DNA of 64,000 nucleotides from the IMG/VR virus record IMGVR_UViG_3300044712_001205, positions 4,534 through 68,533 of that record; one strand, 5' to 3'. Under the pieces are notes generated by a model. The model was not told the origin of the DNA. It worked only from the letters and a program-made list of their open reading frames with translations, and ran no database searches. A program made the position numbers and the translations under genes. This document shows positions 53,727 through 64,000 of the stretch, piece by piece. Positions within the stretch are counted from its first letter, which is position 1. Each line of letters begins with the position of its first letter. This DNA comes from a virus.

Positions 53727-56700
53727 TTATACCAATATATTGGCTTTGGGGAATACGAGATATTTATCCAGTGCATCTGACGTATCGTACATATCCACAG
53801 GATCAATCCACGCCACGCTGCCGCCGTCGAACACTGTTTCGCCTGTGATCACAGTGGTAGCAGTGATCAGTGGTTGCCAGTTTACCAGTGTAAGGTCTTG
53901 CTGTGGTGTTCCTGGTCTATACAGATAGGTATTGGCTGCGTATTTTTGTCCTTGACTTGAAGTCACATAGTCATCTGTTACAGTTTGTGTATCCAAAGTC
54001 AAGGTCAATATTTCGTCGGAATCAATGCTCACTGTGTAGATAGCCATTCGGTAGTTGCCGTAGTTTGCAAACATTGTGCCTGAACTGTTTGACAGTGCAA
54101 CAGGTGCTCCACCGGGTGTGATGCTGACTTGGAAAAGACCCACAAACATAGTCATTGATCCTGTGGCAGTTGACAGAGTAATCGGAGATCCGCCTGCTGT
54201 GTCACTGATTGCAAATTGTGTAGAATTAGGAATGTCCACTACAAAATATGCCCGTGGTGTGCCATTGGCGTTTAAATCATTTACGCCGCCAAACACTGAG
54301 CCAGTGAACCAAACTTGATCGCCTATGTCAATGTAATCATTGATGTTGCCTATTCCGCTGGCAGTGATCAAGTTAGTGCCCGAAGTAGTTGCTGTGCAGG
54401 TAACATCAGTTACGTCAGTTACATAATATACCTGTACAAAACCGTTGCTGGTTGATGATATCCCACCGAACGGAGTTCCAGTGAACCAAACTTTGTCGCC
54501 TACAGCCATGCCCACGGTCCCGTTGCACTCAATGGTATCAGTGGACGCAACAGTTTGTGTACAGGTTTGACTGTATCCAATGTTAATCACAGGACCATAA
54601 TCAAAAGTCCCAGGTTCGGCTAGTCCTGCACCCGAGTCAAAACCAGTGCTGTCAAAAGGTGTCAGGTAGTTAGTAAATGCATCATTTGCACTGTCAAACA
54701 CACTGCCCGATGGACCAATAAATCCTTCTTGCTTAACAAAAATAATTTTGCTGCCGTTACCAATGACTACAGTGGTTCCCGGTGGCGGTGTTTGCCCAGC
54801 CTTGGCAACCCATGTAGGACCATCGAGGCCTCCTAACGAATTTATGTAATCAATGGGTCTGCGATTGACATCAGCAAACGCCAGTTCAGTACAAGCATTG
54901 ACAATTCCCAGATCTGCATAGCCCAAGGTATCCACACGATCAAATGTGGTTTGACTAGGTTCAGGCGTCCAGTTCTGTGTTACAGGATCCCAATTCTTAC
55001 TCAGAGTAGAGTCAAGCACATAGCGATCCACTTTGAAGTCAATGTTGTTTAGTTGTTGTCCAAACTGTGTGTTGACATAGTAAGCAATTCTAGCACTTTC
55101 GCCGGGGTTGGTATAACAAATTACCCAAGCAGGCGTGAACCCTAACACACGGCCATTGGGCTGCTTGCTGGTCATCCACAGTGGTAATTTGGTGGATATC
55201 TGTCCCACTACATCAATGACTTGATCGCGCATGTTGACCAAGCTGTTGGGATACACTTCTCGCAACACAGTGCTGCCGTCAGCAGGATCAATAATCGGAT
55301 AGGGCAGACTCACTATCTTGCTCACGCTTTCGCCTTGAGCGTTTACTAGATCGTCAACTATTTGACTATACACTACTTCGTACACTACTTCGCCAGACAC
55401 AGGATCTACTGCTTGTGCTGTTTTGATTGATCCCAACACAAGATTTTTCCAGTAGTGGTTTTGATATAGACTCAGCACATAAGTTTCAAATGTGTCTGGA
55501 GCAAGACCAAACGCATGTTGATATTTTACCTGTGTGCTAACGCCAAAGTTTGGATCATCGGGTCTGTAGATTGCGTCTGGTATAAAAATGTTAGTGTCAG
55601 TTAGTAATTGGTTTAGCAACACCCGGTCGTTTTGTGGAGGCATGGCCAACACAAACAAGTTCTGATATGGCTTGTTGTACGCTCTAACTACTTTGATAGT
55701 GAATGTCTTGAACACAGAGATAACATCTCTTAACCCAGTTTGCTGCATTACTACTTGTAGATCAGCACCCGAGCCGGCACCTGTGATTGTAAACGATGGA
55801 TTGTCTGTGGTATAACCTGACCCTGGATCGATAACATTGACAGCAGTTATAGCACCTGCATCAACTTCGGCTTCAACCACAGCAACTTCTGCGGTGGCAC
55901 CTGTGGGAGATTCAAATGTAATAGCAGGCGGCGAAGAATATCCAGTTCCGCCATCATTGACAATGACTTCGCTAAGGTTATACAGTGGTTGTTCAGAGTC
56001 AGCAGCATAGGCATTGACCGTAAACACAAATGTGGAATCAAATGTAGTTGGATCAAGTTTGGTAATCGAACTTTGTGTGGAATCAAACGTGGTTGCGCCT
56101 AAGTCAATGGCAAATGTGTTAAATGTCACACGTCCAGCAATTTCTCCAGAAGGCAACAATGTCAATCCCTGCGGTAGTTCGTTGAATCCGCCCTCTTTTA
56201 GTCTATAACTCAGTTGTCTGTTGCCCGAGTTCACTGCTTCCACACGGAATATGCTGGTTGCACCGTTTTCAATTTCGCCAAGATAGTCAGGGCTAAGCCA
56301 TGTAACTTCACTGTCAATGTCGCCAGCAATGGTAATTGAGAACGGATATGGTGCAGATGCTACCACAAGATTGGCTTGCATTGTTCCCGATGCTGTGGTC
56401 AATGTCACAGGCGTAGTTGACACTGGACTTGTGCTAACTTTGAATTGTGTTGTGCCCAGTGAACCAAATACTTCTGCAACATAATAGATTGTGGTAGGTG
56501 ATGCAGTGATACCACCGAATCCTGTTCCTGTGAACACAATAGGCTGACCCACTGCCAACTGTAGAGTGCTGTTGCAAGTAATTACGTCAGTACCGCTGGT
56601 GGTAGCGGTACAGTTAATTGGTGTACCAACAAAGTCGGCTTGATAAACTGTGATGTTAAAACTGTATTCCAGTTCTGTAACGCCTTGGTCTGGAATAAAA

Positions 56701-58121
56701 CCATAGTACCAACCCGACGAAGGATCTAGCTGTAGGCCTGGTGGGGCACCAAACCCTTGATTAACACTGAATGCATACTTCACAGGCTCATTGTCGTAGT
56801 CTTGCCCAATGAATCTATATGCAAAATTGTTGTCACTGCGAACACGGCCTAGGTTAGTAGGTTCAAAGTTTAACAAGAATGGGAATCGTTCTGGAGTCTG
56901 ATCAGCAGTTACAAAAGTATTGTCAGCAGTGATATAGGTATCATCGGCAGTGAGGTCTTCGCGATTGTACACAAAGATTGTAAATGTTCTTATGCTGTTG
57001 CTTTTACCGTCGCTGACTTCCAGTGTGAATTGATAGTTTTTACTGATGGCTGCACTGACAAAGTCATAGGGCACTGTGCCTGCGGGCGTTTCGTCGTATC
57101 CCACTGGCTGGTCCTCGTTGGGTGCAGGACGAATAAATCCTTTGATTACGCCGCGACTATCAATTTTTAGACCTGGAGGAAGTGCTCCAGAAATAAGTGT
57201 CACAGTTACAGTGTCACCCAAGTCGCTGTTGGTGTATTGGATTGGAATCTCAACATAGTCGCCGTCGTAGTAAGAACCAATGGTGCCAACCATGCTAACT
57301 GAACTGCGAACTTGAGAAATGTTTATTTCGTATGTCCCTGTGCCGCCACTGCCGGTGATGTAAGATCTAATTACAGTACCGGGATAAACTCCGTTGCCTT
57401 TGAGGTTCATACCTGGACGGATGGTGCCTACTACAGGCGGCTCACCAGACACAGTCAGTGTGGTGCCAGAAATTGATCCCGTGAATTCTGCACTGGTCAC
57501 GGTGGCAAATGCGCCAGCAGGTGTGATGAATTCTGGAACATCATTACCAGTCACTGTTAATGTAAAGGTACGATCCGCAATGCCATCTATTTCGCCTGCT
57601 TGTGTTTTGGTATAACCTCTAATGGCAAATTTACTGGTTACATCTTCTGAAACTTCAGTGGGCACACCTTGTAAACTGGCCACTGCCTGCGGTACACCTA
57701 TCAACATTCCGTTGTCAGCAACTTGCACACCCTTGGGCAATGTGCCTGCTATCAAGTTGTAATATACGTGCTGCGAAAAATACGCAGTCATTGAGCCCGA
57801 TCCATTGGTCAATTGACGGGGAGTTGTTGCAAATTCGTCGTCGGCAATGCTGAATTGAGTGGAGCTCACAACTTGTAAAACAAAGTATCGTGTGTTTTCC
57901 GACAAGCCACCAAATGTTGTTCCGGTAAATTCAACTGCCAAGCCGGGATACACACCTGCTGTACTAGCACAGGTGATGAGATTGGTTGACGCAGATGTTG
58001 CTGTGCAAACAGGGGTATTGGGAAAATACTCTGTAAAAGCACGAAGCGCCTGTTGATAGAAAACGCCTTCTGGGATGACTCCCAAACTGCCTGCGGGGGT
58101 TATCCAAATTGGTTTTGCCAT
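53727..58121 (-). CDS. Large baseplate/tail structural protein with Ig-like repeats
   Basis: 1464 aa; repeated G.LP.GL.L...G.I.G units and repeated CTAT...FTG..FGG...YFV modules. Confidence 0.7.
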   Translation of the reverse strand: MAKPIWITPAGSLGVIPEGVFYQQALRAFTEYFPNTPVCTATSASTNLITCASTAGVYPGLAVEFTGTTFGGLSENTRYFVLQVVSSTQFSIADDEFATTPRQLTNGSGSMTAYFSQHVYYNLIAGTLPKGVQVADNGMLIGVPQAVASLQGVPTEVSEDVTSKFAIRGYTKTQAGEIDGIADRTFTLTVTGNDVPEFITPAGAFATVTSAEFTGSISGTTLTVSGEPPVVGTIRPGMNLKGNGVYPGTVIRSYITGSGGTGTYEINISQVRSSVSMVGTIGSYYDGDYVEIPIQYTNSDLGDTVTVTLISGALPPGLKIDSRGVIKGFIRPAPNEDQPVGYDETPAGTVPYDFVSAAISKNYQFTLEVSDGKSNSIRTFTIFVYNREDLTADDTYITADNTFVTADQTPERFPFLLNFEPTNLGRVRSDNNFAYRFIGQDYDNEPVKYAFSVNQGFGAPPGLQLDPSSGWYYGFIPDQGVTELEYSFNITVYQADFVGTPINCTATTSGTDVITCNSTLQLAVGQPIVFTGTGFGGITASPTTIYYVAEVFGSLGTTQFKVSTSPVSTTPVTLTTASGTMQANLVVASAPYPFSITIAGDIDSEVTWLSPDYLGEIENGATSIFRVEAVNSGNRQLSYRLKEGGFNELPQGLTLLPSGEIAGRVTFNTFAIDLGATTFDSTQSSITKLDPTTFDSTFVFTVNAYAADSEQPLYNLSEVIVNDGGTGYSSPPAITFESPTGATAEVAVVEAEVDAGAITAVNVIDPGSGYTTDNPSFTITGAGSGADLQVVMQQTGLRDVISVFKTFTIKVVRAYNKPYQNLFVLAMPPQNDRVLLNQLLTDTNIFIPDAIYRPDDPNFGVSTQVKYQHAFGLAPDTFETYVLSLYQNHYWKNLVLGSIKTAQAVDPVSGEVVYEVVYSQIVDDLVNAQGESVSKIVSLPYPIIDPADGSTVLREVYPNSLVNMRDQVIDVVGQISTKLPLWMTSKQPNGRVLGFTPAWVICYTNPGESARIAYYVNTQFGQQLNNIDFKVDRYVLDSTLSKNWDPVTQNWTPEPSQTTFDRVDTLGYADLGIVNACTELAFADVNRRPIDYINSLGGLDGPTWVAKAGQTPPPGTTVVIGNGSKIIFVKQEGFIGPSGSVFDSANDAFTNYLTPFDSTGFDSGAGLAEPGTFDYGPVINIGYSQTCTQTVASTDTIECNGTVGMAVGDKVWFTGTPFGGISSTSNGFVQVYYVTDVTDVTCTATTSGTNLITASGIGNINDYIDIGDQVWFTGSVFGGVNDLNANGTPRAYFVVDIPNSTQFAISDTAGGSPITLSTATGSMTMFVGLFQVSITPGGAPVALSNSSGTMFANYGNYRMAIYTVSIDSDEILTLTLDTQTVTDDYVTSSQGQKYAANTYLYRPGTPQQDLTLVNWQPLITATTVITGETVFDGGSVAWIDPVDMYDTSDALDKYLVFPKANILV

Positions 58122-60973
58122 TATACGTTATCCCAAGCTGATCCGGTCCATAGTCTCAAACCACCAAATACTGTGCTGTAGTATATCTGTCCTGCAACTG
58201 GACTGCCTGGATCTGATGCCGACACAGGTATAATCATTCTTGATGTAGCCTGTACGTTGCCTGCTGTGACGTTGGCACCAGTGATGCTGCCAGTGGCAGT
58301 GATCAAACCTGCTGTAACAATGTTAGCACCAGTGACGTTGCCTGAACCAGAAATTGTTGTACCAGTAATAGCAGTACCACTGATAGCAGCACCAGTGATT
58401 GCTCCTGCAGCACTAACTTGACCAGCTGTGGTCAAGTTTCCGCCTGTAATGTTGGCAGTTGCAGATACAATGCCTGCGGTATTGATGTTGCCACCTGTGA
58501 TATTTCCTGTGGCAGAGATTACCCCACCTGTAGAAATATTAGAACCCAACAGCCAGTTACCGGTGATGTTTCCAGACGCAGTAATTAGTCCAGCAGTGCT
58601 TATGTTACCACCTGCAATGTTGCCAGTGGCCGATACCAATCCGCCAGTATTGATGTTGCCGCCAGTAACGTTGCCTGTAGCGGAGATTAGACCGCCGGCA
58701 AATATGTTGCCACCAATGCCTACGCCACCTGCCACTCGCAACGCACCTGTAACAGTTGATGTAGAACCAGCAGAGTTCTTGACGTTGGCTAACGTAGTTA
58801 CTTCAAGTGTAGCGATGTTGGCTATACCGGTGGTGTCTATATTGCCACCTGTGATATTACCTGTGACATTTATTGCGCCAGCAGTTTCAAAGTTTGCTGC
58901 AATGATGTTTCCTATTGCGCTTACCACACCCGACGCATACACGCCAGCGCCAGTGTTAATATTGCCACCTGTGATATTTCCAGTAGCACTTACAATGCCA
59001 GCAGTGTAGAACGCACCAGCATACACATTGCCACCAATGCCAGCACCGCCTGCTACACGCAATGCACCTGTGGTAGTTGAACTAGCAGCAGTGGATGATT
59101 TAACGTTGGCCAGAGTAACGACTTCAATAGTAGCAACGTTGGCAGTACCAGCAGTAGTTAAATTACCGCCGATCACATTGCCAGTTGCACTGACAATGTT
59201 TCCAGTGTTGATATTACCACCTATTACATTTCCTGCGGCACTGACAATACCAGCTTCTAAGTTACCAATCACCAGGTTACCATAAGCGTTGACCAAATTT
59301 ACAATGTCACTGCTGATAGTAACATCAGTGGCAATGACCATTTTTCCAAGACTGTTGTCATATCCAATAAATGCAGATTTTTCGCTGCCACTTGCATAAT
59401 ACCAAAGTTGTTCGCCGCGATCTTTGCCATCATTGGAAGTCAGTGGAGAGTTGTTTGGGCCACGTCCTAGACCAATAATTGGATCTTCGACTTCCAGTGT
59501 GCCAACATTGGTATACACAAGATCGCCATCGACTATGAGGTTTCCAGTAATCAGCGCAGATCCTGCTTGAATAGCACCAGCAGTTACCAAGTTTCCACCA
59601 GTAACGTTGCCACTGGTTGTTACTTGTCCGGTAGTTACAAGATTGCCACCAACTACATTGCCCGAAGCACTGATGTTTGTCCCAGTCACTGTGGTTGCAG
59701 ATACCAAACTTGCATTAACGTTGCTAGTAGTCGAAATAATCCCAAGGCTAATAATGTTGCCGCCTCTGATATTGCCAGTGGCACTGACTATGCCAGCAGT
59801 TTCAATATTGCCGCCACGAACATTGCCAGCAGCAGAAACTTCGGTTCCTGTTATTAAACTGCCTGATGCACTAACAATCCCCACGGCAATCAAGTTGCCA
59901 CCGAGAACATTTCCTGTAGCCGTTACTAGACCAGCGGTGTTGATGTTGCCTCCAGTGATGTTACCAGAAGCAGTGATTACAGCAGTGGATATCTGTGTAG
60001 TAACTGAAAGATTATTTGCTGCTGCATTGCCCACAGCAGAAACATTGCCACCTACAATGTCACCTGTGGCAGTAATTGTCGCTGAATCAACCTTGCCAGC
60101 AGTGACCAAGTTTGCACCAGTGATGTTTCCTGTGGCTATTACTTGATCTTGTGTTGATAAATTGTTGGCCGTGATGTTGCCTGAACCGCCCAATGCATTA
60201 CTTACAACCAGGTTACTCAGTGTGCCCACTGTTTGCAGGCTTGAATTAACTACGTTGGCACTGAGTGTAGAACCTGTGAGCAGTGCAGCGTTTGAACTTA
60301 CACTAATGCCTGTTAACAAGCTTCCGTTGCCGATGAAATAGTTACCAGATACGTTGCCCACGGCTGTGATTGACCCGCCAATGTTGGCATCACCGGCAGT
60401 GACAAGATTGCCACCTGTGACATTACCGGCAGCACTGACAGCAGCACCGGCATTGAAGTTGGAACCTTGCACTGTGCCCGAAGTACTGATGGTTCCGCTG
60501 GTGGTTAAATTACCACCTACAATGTTACCCGACGCGGTGAGACTAGTAAGTGTGCCCACAGAAGTCAAGCTTGAGTTTGTGACGTTGGAACTTAGAGTAT
60601 TGCCAATCAGCAACGCTGCATTGGCCTGGCTTACAACACCAGTTAGCTGGCTTCCGTTACCAATGAAAAATCCTCCAGCAGTGACGTTGCCTGTGGCGCT
60701 GACCGCAGAGTTTGCGATCAATGTACCTTTGACTGTGGCTCCTGTTGCAGTGACCACAATCACGTTGCTGGTAATACCGCTGGACATAGTAATTGCACCG
60801 TCCACAACCGGTATAGATACGTTGGAAACACCGTTTGCGATACCCGAAACACCGCCAGCAATTTCTAAAACTGCAAAGTTTTCGTTGATAATTTCAAAAG
60901 CATCCCGTAACGGATCACCTGTGCCATCGTTGGCTGTGTTTCCCACATTGATTTGTTGTAGCGAAATGGTCAT
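58121..60973 (-). CDS. Tail-fibre-like protein with gp9/gp10-type N-terminus and many 17-aa GN repeats
   Basis: INVGNTANDGTGDPLRDAF..INENF; (S/T)ATGNI.GGNI.TAG repeats. Confidence 0.75.
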   Translation of the reverse strand: MTISLQQINVGNTANDGTGDPLRDAFEIINENFAVLEIAGGVSGIANGVSNVSIPVVDGAITMSSGITSNVIVVTATGATVKGTLIANSAVSATGNVTAGGFFIGNGSQLTGVVSQANAALLIGNTLSSNVTNSSLTSVGTLTSLTASGNIVGGNLTTSGTISTSGTVQGSNFNAGAAVSAAGNVTGGNLVTAGDANIGGSITAVGNVSGNYFIGNGSLLTGISVSSNAALLTGSTLSANVVNSSLQTVGTLSNLVVSNALGGSGNITANNLSTQDQVIATGNITGANLVTAGKVDSATITATGDIVGGNVSAVGNAAANNLSVTTQISTAVITASGNITGGNINTAGLVTATGNVLGGNLIAVGIVSASGSLITGTEVSAAGNVRGGNIETAGIVSATGNIRGGNIISLGIISTTSNVNASLVSATTVTGTNISASGNVVGGNLVTTGQVTTSGNVTGGNLVTAGAIQAGSALITGNLIVDGDLVYTNVGTLEVEDPIIGLGRGPNNSPLTSNDGKDRGEQLWYYASGSEKSAFIGYDNSLGKMVIATDVTISSDIVNLVNAYGNLVIGNLEAGIVSAAGNVIGGNINTGNIVSATGNVIGGNLTTAGTANVATIEVVTLANVKSSTAASSTTTGALRVAGGAGIGGNVYAGAFYTAGIVSATGNITGGNINTGAGVYASGVVSAIGNIIAANFETAGAINVTGNITGGNIDTTGIANIATLEVTTLANVKNSAGSTSTVTGALRVAGGVGIGGNIFAGGLISATGNVTGGNINTGGLVSATGNIAGGNISTAGLITASGNITGNWLLGSNISTGGVISATGNITGGNINTAGIVSATANITGGNLTTAGQVSAAGAITGAAISGTAITGTTISGSGNVTGANIVTAGLITATGSITGANVTAGNVQATSRMIIPVSASDPGSPVAGQIYYSTVFGGLRLWTGSAWDNV

Positions 60974-61042
60974 AAATCTAGTCCTGTTATGCTATTTACC
61001 AAAAGCTACGCTACCACTAAATACACTAGTTCGGAGTAATCA

Positions 61043-63088
61043 ATGAGTTACATCATCAATAACAGCAGAGGGCAAGTGGTTGCGGTTGTAGCAGACGGCA
61101 CAATCAATACCAGTGCCACAGATTTAGCCCTAGTTGGGCGCGGTGTGTCTGGCTACGGTACCAGCGAAAACGAAAACTATGTGTTTTTGTTGGAAAATTT
61201 TGCCAATAACACAGCACCACTACAACCAATTTTAGGACAGCTTTGGTACAATTCGGCCACAGACGTGCTGTCTGTTTACAACAGTGCCAACGCTTGGCAA
61301 GCACTGGCCACACAAGCCAACATTGAAGCTGCAAAAATTAGCCCTGTGTTTACTGGGGTGCCTACTGCTCCTACTGCCGCCACAGGCACAGCTACTACAC
61401 AGCTGGCAACCACAGCTTTTGTTACCAATAGCCCGCAATTTGCAGGTGCTCCAAAAGCTCCTACTGCTGCTGCTGGCACAGCCAACACTCAAATAGCCAC
61501 CACTGCTTTTGTAACCAACAGTCCACAATTTGCAGGAACACCAACAGCGCCCACAGCCGCAGCTGGCACAAATACCACACAAATTGCTACCACTGCATTT
61601 GTTACAGCAGGACCTCAGTTTGCAGGCATACCCACTGCTCCGTCAGCAGCAAACACTGACAACAGCACACAACTTGCTACCACAGCTTTTGTTCAAGCTC
61701 AGAAAACAAGTCCAGCATTGTCCGGCGTGCCAACTGCTCCTACTGCGGCAGCTGGCACAAATACCACACAAATTGCTACCACAGCTTTTGTACAAAACGA
61801 AAAGGTCAGTCCTGCATTCTCAGGAACTCCTACTGCGCCCAATGCATTGCCAGGTACCAACACTGATCAAATTGCCACTACTGCATTTGTGGTTAGCACA
61901 GTCACAGGCGGCACCAGCATTCTGGGAACCATGGCACAACAAGCAGCCAATGCTGTGTCTATCACAGGTGGAACAATCACAGGATTATCTGCACCCATAG
62001 ATGTGGCATCAGGCGGCACGGGAGGCAGTACTGCTGCTCAAGCACGCAGTTCTTTGGGGCTCGGTTCTATATCTACACAAAACGCTGACGCAGTTGCTAT
62101 CAGCGGAGGCACAATTACTGGTATTGCCCCTCTCCCTATCACTTCAGGTGGTACCGGGGGGAATACCGCAGCAGACGCAAGAACCAATCTAGGGCTAGGC
62201 TCAATGGCAGTTCAACCTGCTACTGCGGTAAACATCACTGGGGGATCAATTTCAGGTATCACTCCATTACCGTTGGCATCAGGCGGTACCGGTGCTGCTG
62301 ATGCAGGTAGTGCCCGAAGTGCGCTAGGCCTAGGATCAATGTCTACGCAAAGCTCTACCACAGTTAATATCACAGGCGGAACTATAAACAACGTTCAAAT
62401 TGATGCATTGTCACAGCCATTGCCTGTTACAGCCGGAGGCACAGGAGGATCCAGTGCGTTTGCTGCAAGAACCAATCTGGGCCTAGGATCATTGGCCACA
62501 CAAAATCTCAGTGATGTCAACATCACTGGCGGTTCTATCACAGGTATTGATCCGCTGCCACTTTCATCTGGCGGAACAGGCGGTAACGATGCATCATCTG
62601 CTAGACTGAATTTAGGCTTGGGTACAATGGCGTTGCAAAGCGCCAGCAACGTGCTCATCACTGGTGGCAACATACAATCGTTGTCAAATCCTCTTGGCAT
62701 AGCACAAGGGGGCACAGGTGCTACATCTGCGGCTGCTGCACGAGCAGCACTGGGCATAGCATCAGGCGGAACAACTGACGTAGGTACCATAGCAACTCAA
62801 AATGCCAACGCTGTGACCATTACTGGTGGTTCTATTACTGGCATTACCCCACTGGCAGTATCAGCTGGTGGTACTGGGTCAGGGAATCCCTCTGGCGCAA
62901 GAGCAGCGTTGGGTGCTGCTGCTGAGACTATAACTATCACAGGTACTGGTGGATTGACTGGCGGTGGTGATTTGTCTACATCAAGAGTTATTAGTATTGC
63001 TTCAAATTCCAATGGATTTGGAACAAGAACAGTTTCCACTGGTTCTCCTTCTGGCGGCAGCAACGGTGACATTTGGTATCAAGTCTAA
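61043..63088 (+). CDS. Tail fibre protein
   Basis: LLENFAN...GQLWY N-terminus; PTAPTAAAGTNTTQIATTAFV and GGTG....AR..LGLG repeats; GDIWYQV end. Confidence 0.8.
   Translation: MSYIINNSRGQVVAVVADGTINTSATDLALVGRGVSGYGTSENENYVFLLENFANNTAPLQPILGQLWYNSATDVLSVYNSANAWQALATQANIEAAKISPVFTGVPTAPTAATGTATTQLATTAFVTNSPQFAGAPKAPTAAAGTANTQIATTAFVTNSPQFAGTPTAPTAAAGTNTTQIATTAFVTAGPQFAGIPTAPSAANTDNSTQLATTAFVQAQKTSPALSGVPTAPTAAAGTNTTQIATTAFVQNEKVSPAFSGTPTAPNALPGTNTDQIATTAFVVSTVTGGTSILGTMAQQAANAVSITGGTITGLSAPIDVASGGTGGSTAAQARSSLGLGSISTQNADAVAISGGTITGIAPLPITSGGTGGNTAADARTNLGLGSMAVQPATAVNITGGSISGITPLPLASGGTGAADAGSARSALGLGSMSTQSSTTVNITGGTINNVQIDALSQPLPVTAGGTGGSSAFAARTNLGLGSLATQNLSDVNITGGSITGIDPLPLSSGGTGGNDASSARLNLGLGTMALQSASNVLITGGNIQSLSNPLGIAQGGTGATSAAAARAALGIASGGTTDVGTIATQNANAVTITGGSITGITPLAVSAGGTGSGNPSGARAALGAAAETITITGTGGLTGGGDLSTSRVISIASNSNGFGTRTVSTGSPSGGSNGDIWYQV
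61559..61782 (+). repeat. Exact 35-bp duplication within tail-fibre repeats
   Basis: GCAGCTGGCACAAATACCACACAAATTGCTACCAC at 61559 and 61748. Confidence 0.8.
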
Positions 63089-63091
63089 CAT

Positions 63092-64000
63092 ATGCCAACA
63101 ACAACAAGAGTTTTAGGTTTTACAAACGGAGTCCAGCGACTGGTCTGGTCTGGGCCTTCGGGAACTATCACTGCACATCTTTGGGGCGGTGGCGGCGGAC
63201 TTGGCGGCAGTGATTCGTTTGGTGGGGGTAGCGGCACAGGTGGCGGATATTCAAGATATCAATTTGTGGCCAACGACGGAGACATTCTAGATGTTGCTGT
63301 AGGAGGGCCCGGTGCCAACGGACAATCAGGACAAGGCAGTGCTCAAGGAGGTGCCGCTGGTGCAAGTTACAGTTTGCTGTTATTCAACACACGCACAACT
63401 ACTGCATCTCCTGCTGTGTACCCAACATCAAATCCAAATTGGAGTTCTTTTTTAAACACCTACGGGGTATGGGAAGAATACACCGGCGCTAGTAATTTTT
63501 CAAGAACCTATACAGTTAATTTTCCTGCTTCTGACAATTACACTTTTACTTTCAGTGTTGATAATTATGGAACAGTATTGTTAGACGGAGTTCCTGTAAT
63601 TTCGTTGAGCGGCAGTGATCCAGCCAACTATAGAGGATCATATCAAAGAACCATTAACGTTACCTCTGGAAATCATACTATTTCTATACAGGCTGTTAAC
63701 ACTGGTGGCCCCGGTGGCGTTGGATTAGCTATCAGCAGAACTGCCGGATTCAGTGGCGGTCGAGGTGGCAACGCCGGTCCTGCAGGAAGTTCAGGCGGTG
63801 GTGGTGGTGGTGGTGGCGCCACTGCATTGTTTGTCAACGATGTGGTTGTAGCAGCAGCCGGTGGCGGCGCTGGCGGCGGTGGCGGTGGACGTTTTAGTTC
63901 TGGCCAGACAGCACCAGGAACCTCAGGTATCAATGCAGCTTATAACGGTCAAAACGGTCAAGATCACCCCGGCGATGGCGGTGGTGGTGGCGGTGGTGGT
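63092..64000 (+). CDS. Glycine-rich virion protein, runs off the window edge
   Basis: Read by hand: MPTTTRVLGFTNGVQRLVW...HLWGGGGG; YTFTFSVDNYGTVLLDG insert. Confidence 0.75.
   Translation, partial: MPTTTRVLGFTNGVQRLVWSGPSGTITAHLWGGGGGLGGSDSFGGGSGTGGGYSRYQFVANDGDILDVAVGGPGANGQSGQGSAQGGAAGASYSLLLFNTRTTTASPAVYPTSNPNWSSFLNTYGVWEEYTGASNFSRTYTVNFPASDNYTFTFSVDNYGTVLLDGVPVISLSGSDPANYRGSYQRTINVTSGNHTISIQAVNTGGPGGVGLAISRTAGFSGGRGGNAGPAGSSGGGGGGGGATALFVNDVVVAAAGGGAGGGGGGRFSSGQTAPGTSGINAAYNGQNGQDHPGDGGGGGGGG

Noticed and set aside
58428-61046. Long plus-strand ORFs opposite the tail-fibre gene
   Set aside because: Antisense shadows of repetitive Gly/Asn/Thr codons, with no RBS or domain signal.
51288-64000. 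Diversity-generating retroelement acting on tail fibres
   Set aside because: No reverse transcriptase and no TR/VR pair differing at adenines was seen; repeats are ordinary coding tandem units.
1-64000. Alternative genetic code (stop-codon reassignment)
   Set aside because: Standard-code ORFs tile the window densely and conserved genes are full length.

Overview
This 64-kb window is part of a large tailed dsDNA bacteriophage of the T4-like/jumbo type, probably aquatic. A Bug/TctC gene hints at a betaproteobacterial host. Most genes lie on the minus strand. Left to right it carries: (1) a pterin/7-deazaguanine and sugar-modification cluster (queD, folE, DegT-type aminotransferase, amidinotransferase, galE, glycosyltransferase, methyltransferases, second QueD-like protein, TGT/DpdA-like transglycosylase) joined to replication genes (sliding clamp, family-B DNA polymerase, DsbA-like protein); (2) putative head-internal, modular proteins with N-terminal 'M-x-x-x-E-F/L-x-x-E' leaders, plus dps and a radical-SAM/glycan-tailoring island; (3) ClpA and DnaJ, a holin/GH19 endolysin/spanin lysis module, PhoH, a clamp loader with a free-standing endonuclease, GroES and a mini-DnaE fragment; (4) baseplate and tail-fibre genes. 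The most unusual signals are an ~90-nt intergenic element built from segments matching conserved 23S H69-H71 and 16S rRNA, a 17-bp in-frame repeat (QGVAEG) that separates unrelated protein cassettes, a ~450-nt highly structured ORF-free RNA candidate, a preQ1-I-like pseudoknot before queD, and many apparently leaderless TAAATA-promoter genes. Product calls rest on recognised motifs only. No database searches or folding programs were run.
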